Of a stretch of DNA of 36,794 nucleotides, positions 23,350 through 34,117 are shown piece by piece (within the stretch, counting starts at the first letter, position 1; the number at the start of each line of letters is the position of its first letter). The stretch lies in the NCBI RefSeq assembly GCF_000315625.1, contig NW_005434402.1:1-36794 (forward strand), in the 5' to 3' direction. Origin of the DNA: Guillardia theta CCMP2712 (lineage: Eukaryota; Protista; Cryptophyta). The translations under genes and the position numbers were made by a program. The notes under the pieces were generated by a model that was given only the letters and a program-made list of their open reading frames with translations, was not told the origin of the DNA and ran no database searches.

Positions 23350-24186
23350 ATGCTCTCACGTAGCGACCATTCAACTAGCCCTCATACCGCACCTGCCATC
23401 GTACCCCCACAAGAACCCGTGAGAACCCCACCCTTGCAGCGCATTCACTCAACTCCATCCAGTACCCCTGCTTCCTCCCAGTTCAAGTACCCCTCAAGGG
23501 TCACCACCCCCACCCTCATCTACACCTCCCTACGACTGCGATGCTACCACCCCTACCCCCCATCGTACTCTATGGAGACTAGAAAGATGGAAGATGTTCT
23601 AACGCGTTGGGGGTGGTTGTCACAGGGGTAGTAGTTGTAAATGGTAGGTAGGGGTACTGAGAACCCTGTCAAGGAGGGGTACTAAAGATTAGTGAACGAG
23701 GGGTTTAATTGTAGAATGATGGGGTAGTGAGAGATAGAAGGGGGTACCGGATCATGGGGTCTGGAACAACAATCCAACCTTAGTCTGCAAATTTCAAAAA
23801 TAGGCGTTGAATTTCGAAAATCTGATCCTGGTTCAACAAACGATGTGATTGATAGGAATTTCAGACTTCAAGGCCAACAAAAGTTGGCGTATTTTACATA
23901 TGTTTTCGACTTGATTTTACGCCATTATTGAGATGCCTAAGAAAACGGAACACCCCCTCCCTCTGTGCCCACGAGCTAGGTCATGAATGGGGGTGTGATC
24001 CACCACCGGTGATGTGTGTACCCCCTTTAGAGATGAATGGAGGGTGTCTTGTGGTCAAGGGGTAGGGTATGGAATAGGGCTATGTGGGGGGATGATGGGG
24101 TCTCCAGTGAAGAGGTCTGTCGTGATGGGTGGTGAAAATACAAGTGGGGGTGGGGGTGGAGGGTGGTACGAGAAGAGAGCGCCGCT
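23350..24186. promoter_or_regulatory. Divergent IDO/QCR6 promoter region with a GGGGTA(C/G) strand flip
   Basis: GTACCCC on + at 23401, 23462 and 23487 next to the - strand IDO start. GGGGTAC on + at 23651, 23676 and 23741, staying mostly G-rich up to the + strand QCR6 ATG. Confidence 0.45.
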
Positions 24187-25367
24187 ATGAGTGACCCCGT
24201 CGATCCGCGGTGAGCATGGAGAGGAGGAGGAGGAGGTGAAGGAGGAGGAGGAGGAGGAGGAGCGAGCAAGAGGATATGATGTGCATGCATGATGAGAGGA
24301 AACGCTTAGGAATGGGAGACGAAAGGATCTTGCGACAGGAAAGGGTGTGGGTATGATGAGCTGCCGACAGCTGTTAGGTGTACGCTAGTATCATCAAAAT
24401 GAAGGAAGAAGGCAAAGGTGACGAGGCTTTGAACAGCAGACGATGTCAATGTGAGTGATGATAGAAGCCATGTGAACAGAGCGTGTAGTGGTTTGATGGA
24501 CAAGCGTTAGCGAGAGAAGAGATGTAGCCTTGCTGTGCGTGAGGATAACATGATGAGACAAGCATGATAACACAAGAAGTTGACTTAACACAAGAAGTTA
24601 CACACAAGAAGTTGAAGGGATTGATTCTGAAGCAACGATGTGGCCGTGTATGCGATCCAGAAACACTCTCGGCTAAGTAACGGGAGGTTGATGGATGGTG
24701 AGGGACTCTGAAGGTTTTTCCTGATGAGCAAGACTTTCAAACGATTTCAACGAATGCATGTGCCGCTGTGACGTGCTGAGAACCCAATGCAATGTGCATG
24801 AGAGGACCTCAGTGCTGTCAGCTGTCTGCGTATCGAATGCTGGGTGCATGTGTTGGTTGAAATCTCATAGCGTTGTTGTGGCAACGATGTCGGCTCCAAA
24901 CCTCACCGGACACGTGTTATAAAGGAATCAGCGGATTCTCACATGGCTCCGAACAAGATGTTAGTTGGAGAGATTTGAAATTTCAATGGATATGTGTTAG
25001 CTAAGCAACATAGTCTCATTGCATGCGAGAATCCAAAGGCTGTCGAGCATGCTTGCTTTTGCATGATCAAGAGGTCTGTTGCTCACATTCTGTTGCAGGC
25101 CAGCCATTGAGGAGTCTTGCAAGGGACATTGTCAGAAATATTTGAAGGAGCTTGAAGCATGCACAGAACGGGTCAACAAGATTATTGCTGAGGCAAAGCC
25201 AGGGGACGAGGTGCAAGCGCACTGCACAGGCCAATACTTCGACTTCTGGCATTGCATCGACCATTGTGTAAGTGTTTGCCTTGTGTTGTTTGTAAGTTAG
25301 AGGGGCGGGGGATGACTCTTTCATGTGTGGATAGGCTGCTCCAAAGTTGTTTGCGAAGTTGAAATAA
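24187..25367 (+). CDS. QCR6: Cytochrome b-c1 complex subunit 6 (hinge protein); exons 24187-24209, 25099-25267, 25335-25367
   Basis: MSDPVDPR/PAIEESCKGHCQKYLKELEACTERVNKIIAEAKPGDEVQAHCTGQYFDFWHCIDHC/AAPKLFAKLK*. UCR_hinge cysteine pattern and the typical C..QYFDFWHCIDHCAAPKLF ending; canonical GT-AG introns. Confidence 0.93.
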
Positions 25368-25488
25368 GAAAGGCGGCTTTGAGAAGCACTGGCGAAAGAT
25401 GATTTTCTCGGAACGTTCATAACGGCGAAATAAACTGAAAGACAGCGACATCCTAGTGATGGTTAAAAGTTTGTCTCTTTCTATTTTT

Positions 25489-26701
25489 TCACTTCATGTG
25501 CTCGTGCTGGAGGTTCTGAAACTTGTAGCTCGTCACTTGGCATTGCTCATCACACACGTTTGCCCTCACCCAGTGTTCGAGCTCTTGGCTGAAGGTTTCG
25601 ATCGGAAGCCTTGAGCTCTCCACAGCTTGTCGGACCTGAGGCTACATCAGCTAACACCGATTGACATGCTGCTTGCCTTGTCATCGTTGCACATCTCTTT
25701 CTGCCAGTCCTGCGGTTTCGACATTCCTCTGCTCATCTTGTCCCTGAGATCAACCACAATCATGTCAACCGCATCCGTGACGGGTAAAGGACCTCCATCC
25801 CGACGGATCATCTCCCGAGGCCTCACTGTTGCACGCATATTCAAGACATGACAAGGTGGTCAAGCAAGCCCTACGGCTCTAGGAGCACGAACTTGTTGAC
25901 CTCGGGATCAATGATGAGATCTTCCTTCTGCACGCAAGGCACCAAGATGTCACGATCATCAGCTAGCTCGGGTCAGCAAGTCACCGAGTCGTCAAACAAG
26001 GTCTCGATGTTGGTGATCGACGCGTCGCGTTGACTCTTCCTGTCCTCTATCCCAGGAATTCCTCCGGGCCAGGAGACGCTGACCTAGGGCGAGGAGGCTG
26101 AGAGGAGCCTGCTGACTGAAGCGCTCATTCACCTCTACTTCCATGAAGGAGACAGCTTTCGTGCCGTCCAGCAGGTAACGGACCATGCCGCTATCAAGCC
26201 CTCACAAGCTCACAAGCCTCGGCAGTACGCTTACCTCCTTCCGCTCCCGTATGCGAGCGCCCAGTCCATGAGGTGGACGTCGACGTGACCGTACTTCCTC
26301 GTCCTTGCGAGGGAATAGGGAGCCTCATTGTCCTGGTGAGCGCACGTCAGCTCACGGCTTACAGTCTCTTCCATCCACACCTTGGCGACCTTCACTTGCA
26401 TGTGTAGCTGACATGTCGAGGCGTACTTCTTGCGCAGGTCGTCTAACTCATGCATACTCTGAACCATGACGACGGGGTCCACGTCAAAGGAGAACTCATA
26501 CTGGAAAGTATCTCTCCACTCCACCGATCGGTTCACGCACGAGGAGATTTCTGTCTTGTCTTCTTGTTTGGGTCCGAACACGCTCTGACCCCACTTGAGC
26601 TTCACGTACAGATACCTTCCCTCCATCGGGCATTCCAGCAGCCTCAGGATCTTGAGCCTCACTGTGATCTTTCTCGCCTGCCGGTTGTGCAGGAAGGGCA
26701 T
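25489..26701 (-). CDS. NT-type C2 domain protein (EEIG1/EHBP1/FAM102-like); 3' end approximate
   Basis: RKITVRLKILRLLECPMEGRYLYVKLKW..KTEISSCVNRSVEWRDTFQYEF..YGHVDVHLMDWA../VRYLLDG..SFMEVE/VSV follows the NT-C2 beta-strand pattern. Confidence 0.7.
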
Positions 26702-27135
26702 CTCGCCCTTGACCCCTTCCCCTCAGGCTACGATGAGTCGCCGCAAGCTTCACCAGTCCCCTCCACACCTGCGCCTTCTCTCTTGCTCTCCTCCTCTCCT
26801 CTCGTTCACCTTCAGCCGCCCGCTGGCCACCGGCCGGGTTACAGCCACTGCTTGCCAAGGAGCGGACGAAACCTGCCTTAATCAGTACTGATCAGTTACA
26901 GTCAGCTTGGCGTTTTCCCCTCATCCTCTCTCCTCTCTTATCCCTCTTCTCCTCTCCTCTCCTCTCCTCTCCTCTCCTCTCGCACGTCAAGAACATCCCT
27001 CCACCCTCTCCCTTGCTCCGTCCTACATGTCCGCCTGGCAAACATAGTAGAAGAACCCGCCGGTGTAGGAGTATCCCGTCCTGCTTGCAGCATGAGGAGA
27101 GTCAGGCCGCCTGCCTCTCACTCACAGGTTTTGCA

Positions 27136-27238
27136 NNNNNNNNNNNNNNNNNNNNNNNNNNNNNNNNNNNNNNNNNNNNNNNNNNNNNNNNNNNNNNNNN
27201 NNNNNNNNNNNNNNNNNNNNNNNNNNNNNNNNNNNNNN
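27136..27238. other. Assembly gap (N run)
   Basis: Run of N. Confidence 0.99.
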
Positions 27239-27764
27239 TTCGGATGATCTACTGAAAGCTTCAAGTCTGCGGACTAAAAGTAAGTGGTCGACCATATTCG
27301 TGGTTACATGTAGTGGCTCCATCCCCCCTGAAATTCGAGGTGCGGTAGGGGGGTGGGGGTGGTTACCGTGCTGGAAATGCTTCGCATAGCCAAGGAGTGG
27401 GCAAACAAAGGCGGGAGAGCAGGGGAGAGCAGAGCAGAGCAGAGCAGAGCAGAGCAGAGCAGAGCAGAGGAGCACGTGACAGAAAGGACAAGCGACGAGC
27501 GTTGACGAGCGTTGATAAGAGTTGGCAATTGTTGGTGCAGAGAGACTGATAGGCGGGAGATTTGCATTGATACTGGAAGCGAAGGTGGGAGTGCTCGCAG
27601 AATTGCAAGAGATGAGGAAGAAGAAACGAGGAAGAGAATGTGAATGTGAAAGAAGAAGGGATTCTGGTTGTGATGGGGTTGTGATGGAAGTGGACCACGT
27701 TAGAACCAGCTGCAGACGGTCAGCTAGAATCTCGTGTGAGAATCTCGAGGGAGGAAGTTGTGCG

Positions 27765-29278
27765 ATGATGGCGACTGGTGGTGGCAACGAGAGGAGCACG
27801 GGCATCGATGATCCGCTACCCTTGAAGATGATCTACACGGCACTGATGCTGCCACGTGCAGTTGGTCATGTCAGGCATCGTCGCAGCAGATGCAAGCCGG
27901 CAGCACGATCACCAGGCATGGCCTGCACATGCCGTTGCCTAGCTCATGTGTGCTGCTTCAGATCAACCCTGCTCCTCAAGACTCCGTTTCTTGCATAAAG
28001 TTTGCGCCGAACAAGGCGAGGACATGGCTGCAAGAGTCTGGTCACGCTGACACGTGCAACAGGATTATCTTGTCTGCACTGCGTGGGATAATTCGGTATC
28101 CTTGTATGCCTTTCAGAAGAACGGGTTTGCGATCCAGTCGCGAGCTGAGGTGATTCAACTGAGACGCTGCCGTTGCTCACGTGCCGTAAGATGCAAATGA
28201 CGCAAAACCCGCACACGGGACCAGGTGAGTGACGGCCTCGAGGTAAGCCTGACGCTGCTTGTTGCTGACAATGTCTCTCAGTTCTTGGCGCCTGTTGGGA
28301 CAACATGGGCACCAAAGTTTTCACCGCATCGGCAGACAAGCAAGGTGAGCTCTGTGCATGGCACCTGCTGCATGTCAACTTGCTGCAGGGAAGGTTTGGG
28401 ATCTCGGCTCGCAGCAAGTCATTCAGTTCGCACAGCACGAACAGGTGAAGGAAGATGAAGAGAGAGCATGTCGATAAGATTGTTTCAGCCCATCAAGTGT
28501 GTCCATTGGGTCGATCCGCACAGCATGGTGGTCACTGCGAGGTACCACATCACTTGTCACAACTCCTCGACTTTTCTTCTTCTTGTTTTCTCTTCTCTCG
28601 TTGGTCAAGGTCTGTCACGCTTCTTTCTCGAAGTGACTCCTGCTCTCCTTTAGCTGGGACCGAACTATCAAATACTGGCCCTCCAACTCTCTTGGCAGCG
28701 GAACTCCAGCAGCGACCGTGACCCTGCCAGAAAGGTTTGACAAGAGCTCGAGGAGGAGGAGGAGGAGGAGGAGGAGGAGGAGGAGGAGGAGGAGGAGGAG
28801 GAGGAGGAGGAGGAGGCTGACAGTCTCGCAGGGTCTACGCCATGGACGTGCGGGACAACATCGCAGTGGTGGCTACAGCAGACAAGAACATTCACGTGAC
28901 ACTCGTGCCCTCTCTCCTCGCGCTCCTCAACCTCCTCCCAGGTCTTTGACATCCGCGCTAACCCGCAGCAGCCCATGAAGACTCACCTCGTAAGCTCGGG
29001 CGGCTCCCGGCCCAGCTAACGCCTGGCCTGCAGTCGCCGCTGAGGCATCAGGTCCGCACCGTCGCGCTCTTCAGCGACAACCGCGGGTGAGGGGATGAGG
29101 GCGATGAGCGATGAGGGTGAGGGCGATGAGTTGGTGATGTCATGGGGTCTTCAGGTACGCCATCGGGTCCATCGAAGGTCGCGTGCAGATCTATCACATC
29201 CAAGACTCCGACCAGGTGAAGCAGCAGCAGCAGTGACTACAACAACAACATGAACAACCTCAACATCCTCAACAACGA

Positions 29279-29322
<44 letters not shown>

Positions 29323-30368
29323 ACAACAATGTCAACATCATCAACGACAACAAACAACTTAAACTACAGCATCAGCATCATCATTATCAACCACCACAAC
29401 AAGATGGCCATCAACGACATCGTCATCAACATCAACATCAACAAAACTCCACCACCTCCTCCTCCTGCAGCAGCAGCACCACCACCACCACCACCACCAC
29501 CACCTGCTTCTTCTTCTCGACATCCACCACCACCTCCTCCAGGTTGTCCTCCTCCTGATTTTCACTTTTCTCCTTGTTCAGGGGAAGAACTTCGCGTTCA
29601 AGTGTCATCGCGACGCTCGCAATCAGGTCGGGGAGAAGAGAAGCAGGAGGAGAGGAGGAGCAGCCGACGTGTGTTGGCAGGACATCTACGCGGTCAATGC
29701 TATTGTGTTCCATAAGTTGCATGGCACGTTCTGCACGGGTGAGAGGAGGAGGAGGATCGTGAGAGGACGATGACTCGACGATGCAGCGGGGTCCGATGGA
29801 ACCTTTAACTTCTGGGACAAGGTGAAGATGAGCAGAGGAGTAGAAGGAGGAGCAGGACAAGGAGAGGGAGAGGGAGAGGGAGAGGGAGCAGGAGCTTGAG
29901 CTGGGCGTTGATGACAATGACGACGCTGACAATGATGGTCAGGATGCGAAGCAAAGGTTGAAGGGGTTCCAGCAGCTGCCGGTGAGAGTCACGTGACCTT
30001 GTTGAGATCACGAGCAACCATGTAGAATGCCATCACGTGCTGCGACTTCAACCATACCGGCGACGTGTTCGGCTATGCCGTCGGCTACGACTGGTCCAAG
30101 GGATACGATGCTCAGGTACCTCAACTCCCGTGGAAGTTTGAGAGAACCTTGTCTCATACGATAGGAACTTTCGATAGTTTCTGTCGTCTGCTGCTCTGCT
30201 CTATTCGATTGTCTTGACCTGACTCTCCATCTCCCTCCCTCTTGTCCTCCCTTCTTCCCTCCCCTTCCCTTTTCCCTTTTCTTTCCCCCTCTTGTTTTTC
30301 AGAATCGTCAAATGGAATCTCTCTGGCTACATCCGATACAAGACAATGAGATCAGACCAAAGAAATGA
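27765..30368 (+). CDS. RAE1: mRNA export factor RAE1/Gle2 (WD40); multi-exon, start uncertain
   Basis: INPAPQDSVSCIKFAP..TAWDNSV..HTGPVLGACW..KVFTASADKQGKVWDL..SWDRTIKYW..LPERVYAMD..SPLRHQVRTVALF..GYAIGSIEGRV..NFAFKCHR..IYAVNAIVFH..HGTF..GSDGTFNFWDKDAKQRLK..FGYAVGYDWSKGY. The WDKDAKQRLK and YDWSKG signatures favour RAE1 over BUB3. Confidence 0.94.
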
Positions 30369-30450
30369 TACATGAAAACGAACAAACACAACTCATCCTC
30401 ATCCTCATCCTCATCCCCCTCCCTCTCTCCCTCCCTCCGCATCTCTCGGC

Positions 30451-33400
30451 TCAGATCTTGAACTCAAACCCTTTCACAAGCTTCTCAGTCCCCATCATAA
30501 CGCTTCTTGACTTGTCCGTGCACATTCGGTTCCCCCGACAATCCAACTGGAGGAGACAAAAACAATAGAAGGAGAGGAGATGGAAGGGAAGGGAGAAAAG
30601 AGAGAAGTGTGAAGGAGGAGAGAAGGGAGAGAAGGAGGTTAGATGTGAATGCAAGCATGAAGAAAGATAATATGAAGTGGAAGAACGGGAAAGCAGGGGA
30701 ACAAGAGAGGAGAACTTCTGTGAGGGGAGGGCGGAGAGAGAGAAATGAAAGGGAAGGAGGGGAGGGCGAAGAGAGAGAAATGAAAGAGGAAAGGAGGGGA
30801 GGAAGGAGAGAGAGGCAGAAAGAGATGGAGGAGAGAAGAGGAAGGTGCGGAGGTTTGCTGTGCTTGCCTTGAGAGTTCTCCTTCCTCCCATCGCGATTTG
30901 CCGGCAGAGGAGAAGGCAGGAGGCGTCGTCGAGACCTGCTGCTCCTTAGAAGGCGAGGAAGATCAAGATGAGAGAAGAGAAGGAGACGGACAAGCCACAA
31001 GGCGAGAGGCGGGAAGCAGACAATCAGCATAGCGGGAGGGAAAGAAATGGAGGAGAGAAGAAGAAGAAAGATGAGGGTGGTTGAAGCAGCAGCACGAGAA
31101 GGTGATCGTTTCCTTTCACCTGCGTTGCGAATGGAGAGATACGTCAGACTCTCGCAGCCTCCCAGCAGCTCCATGGCGGCAGCGCAGTCATTGTCGTCGA
31201 GGACAAGAGAGCTTAAGCTGAAGCCAATTGTCACCCTCCCCTCCCCCTCCTCCTCCTCCTCCTCCCCATTCTCATTCCCCTCCTCGTCCTCGTCCTCCTC
31301 CCCAAAGTCGCTCTTGACCTGCTCGCGTCTCTGACTGCCTCGGCGATCCTCTTGACATCTGAGAACCAGGGCAAGTCAAGAGCAGCAAGCAGGAGGAGGG
31401 AGACAAGGAAAGAAAGCGACCGGGAGCATCAAGTCCGATGTTTGACATGTCGAGGTGTCGCAGGTTTTTGTTTCTCCTGATCAGCTCGACAAGTTCCTCC
31501 CCCGCGTCGCTCAGGTCGTTTCCTCCGACACTCAAACTCTCCAGCTTGCAAGCCTGACATGCGGAATGAGGTAGAGGAAGGAGACGGATGAGATGATCCA
31601 AAGCAAGACAAGAAGAAGACCAAGAAAAATAAAAGGGGGGGGGGCGATAGGAAGGAGAGGGAGCGAGCGAGCGAGCGAGCGAGGAAGGAGGAGGGAGGGG
31701 AGGAAGAGGGAGGGAGCGAGGGGAGGAAGAGGGAGCGAGGGGGAGGGAGCAAGGGGGAGGGAGGAGAGGGAGGGTAGGAATTGGGACCTGTCGAGCGATG
31801 GCCCGGAGGCCTCGGGTCGTGAACTCATTGTTGGAGATGTCGAGCACGGAGATGTCAAGCTAGTCAACGTCGAGAGCTGACTTCACCCTCGCTCCCCCTC
31901 GACCTCGGCCAGCCTGATACCCAGCAGCTCGCTGCCCTCATCNNNNNNNNNNNNNNNNNNNNNNNNNNNNNNNNNNNNNNNNNNNNNNNNNNNNNNNNNN
32001 NNNNNNNNNNNNNNNNNNNNNNNNNNNNNNNNNNNNNNNNNNNNNNNNNNNNNNNNNNNNNNNNNNNNNNNNNNNNNNNNNNNNNNNNNNNNNNNNNNNN
32101 NNNNNNNNNNNNNNNNNNNNNNNNNNNNNNNNNNNNNNNNNNNNNNNNNNNNNNNNNNNNNNNNNNNNNNNNNNNNNNNNNNNNNNNNNNNNNNNNNNNN
32201 NNNNNNNNNNNNNNNNNNNNNNNNNNNNNNNNNNNNNNNNNNNNNNNNNNNNNNNNNNNNNNNNNNNNNNNNNNNNNNNNNNNNNNNNNNNNNNNNNNNN
32301 NNNNNNNNNNNNNNNNNNNNNNNNNNNNNNNNNNNNNNNNNNNNNNNNNNNNNNNNNNNNNNNNNNNNNNNNNNNNNNNNNNNNNNNNNNNNNNNNNNNN
32401 NNNNNNNNNNNNNNNNNNNNNNNNNNNNNNNNNNNNNNNNNNNNNNNNNNNNNNNNNNNNNNNNNNNNNNNCCACTCGTCCCTCCCTCCCCTCCCCTCCC
32501 CTCCCCTCCCCTCCCCTCCCCTCCCCTCCCCTCCCCTCCCCTCCCCTCCCCTCCCCTCCCTCCCCTCCCTCCCTCCCTCCCCCGCTTCACTTGCAAGCTG
32601 CTCTCACCGGAGAAGTTGAGCGAGGAGGAAGACAAGTCAACTTCTTTCATCATCGCCCACTCACCGCTCTCGCCTCCTTTCTTCAACATCTCCAACAGAC
32701 TTCGCTGGCCTCCTGCATCTGTCAATCTCTGACATCCTTCCCTCCTCTTCATACCTCTTGCACTCTCACCCATCCCTTCTTCTTCCTGCTTCTTCTCCTG
32801 CTGCTGCTCCTCCTCCTCACATCGCTCCGCTCCAGCCACAGCCACTGGACCCATCCTTCCATTGATAGCTCGTCTCCTGCGGATGTCCTGTTTCCTTCTC
32901 CTCCTCCTCCCCCTCGCTGTCCTCGTCGGACTCGATGATCTCTACTCGCTTGTATCCTCCTTGCTGACCACCTCCTCCTCCACCACCACCACCACCACCA
33001 CCTTGCTGTCCTCCTGCCCCAAGCTCTTGGCTTTGGACGTTGACAGGACCTTTCGGGGCTTGGATTCTCGTCTCCACGTCTCTCCTGTCCTTGTTTCGTT
33101 GGTTCTTCACCTCCTTCACAGCCCCTCCCCTTGTGTCTTCCGCTTCTCTTGCGTCTCCCTCCTCTTGTCCCTTGCCTTCGCCCTCTCGAGCCTCTTCAAG
33201 CTGCTGTCGCAACCTCGTGACCTCTGCGACTCCTTCGGCCCACCTTTTCTCCTGCGCCTCCACCACCCTTGACAGACTCTCAGCTTAGAGCAGGAGAGGA
33301 TAGGTAGAAACAAGCGAAACCTGGATGCTTCTTGTTTCTCTTTCGTCAGATCGTCGAGATGCTTCAACTTGATTGCCTTGAGGGCTTCAAGTTGCTTTAT

Positions 33401-33985
33401 GTTCCTCTCAATCTCCTCAATCTGGTCAATGCCTTCCATTATCTTCCCTCCTCCTTCCTTCCTCCTCCTTCCTCCTCCTCCTTCCCGCATCGTCCTCTCC
33501 TCCTCCTCCTCCTCCTCCCCTCTCTCCTGCTGGCTGTCACCTCGCATCCGGCAAGGCTCACTTCAGCCTCCGCTCGCTCCCGTCGCGCTTGCGCCTCGTC
33601 CGACATCCGGTCGAGCGTCTTCAAGTTCGCTTGCGCGTCGGCCAACCTGCGGGCGGGATGAGGGGCAGGAGCGGTCGCGAGCTTCTCCTCAACACCTCCG
33701 ACCGAGAGCCTCCACGTCATTCGCCTGGCAACTGATGACGAGAAGACAGACGAGAGGGATACCAGACCTTGCTCTTCTTCTTCTTCTTCTTCTTGCCTGC
33801 TGCCTTCTTTGAAATCCTTTCATCCTCCTCCTCTGCGATGAGTTGTTGTGCTTTATGATCCGCCTAAGTGAATGTCACCTCAACGCACCCTCCACGCACA
33901 ACAGCTCTATCTCAATCCACCACCATCACCACCACCACCATCACCATCACCATCACCACCATTATCATCAGCATCAGCAACAGCA

Positions 33986-34016
<31 letters not shown>

Positions 34017-34076
34017 CAACAACAACAACAACAACAACATCATCATCATCATCAACAACATCAACAACGACATCAT

Positions 34077-34117
<41 letters not shown>

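Noticed and set aside
24570-24613. ACACAAGAAGTT three times as a CRISPR-like array
   Set aside because: Repeats are 12 bp with gaps of only a few bp, lie in a eukaryotic intron, and no cas genes are present.
27765-30368. BUB3 as an alternative identity
   Set aside because: FNFWDKDAKQRLK and YDWSKGY are RAE1/Gle2-type signatures.
31864-32854. Long ORFs of 203 and 323 aa
   Set aside because: Their length comes from translating the N gap.
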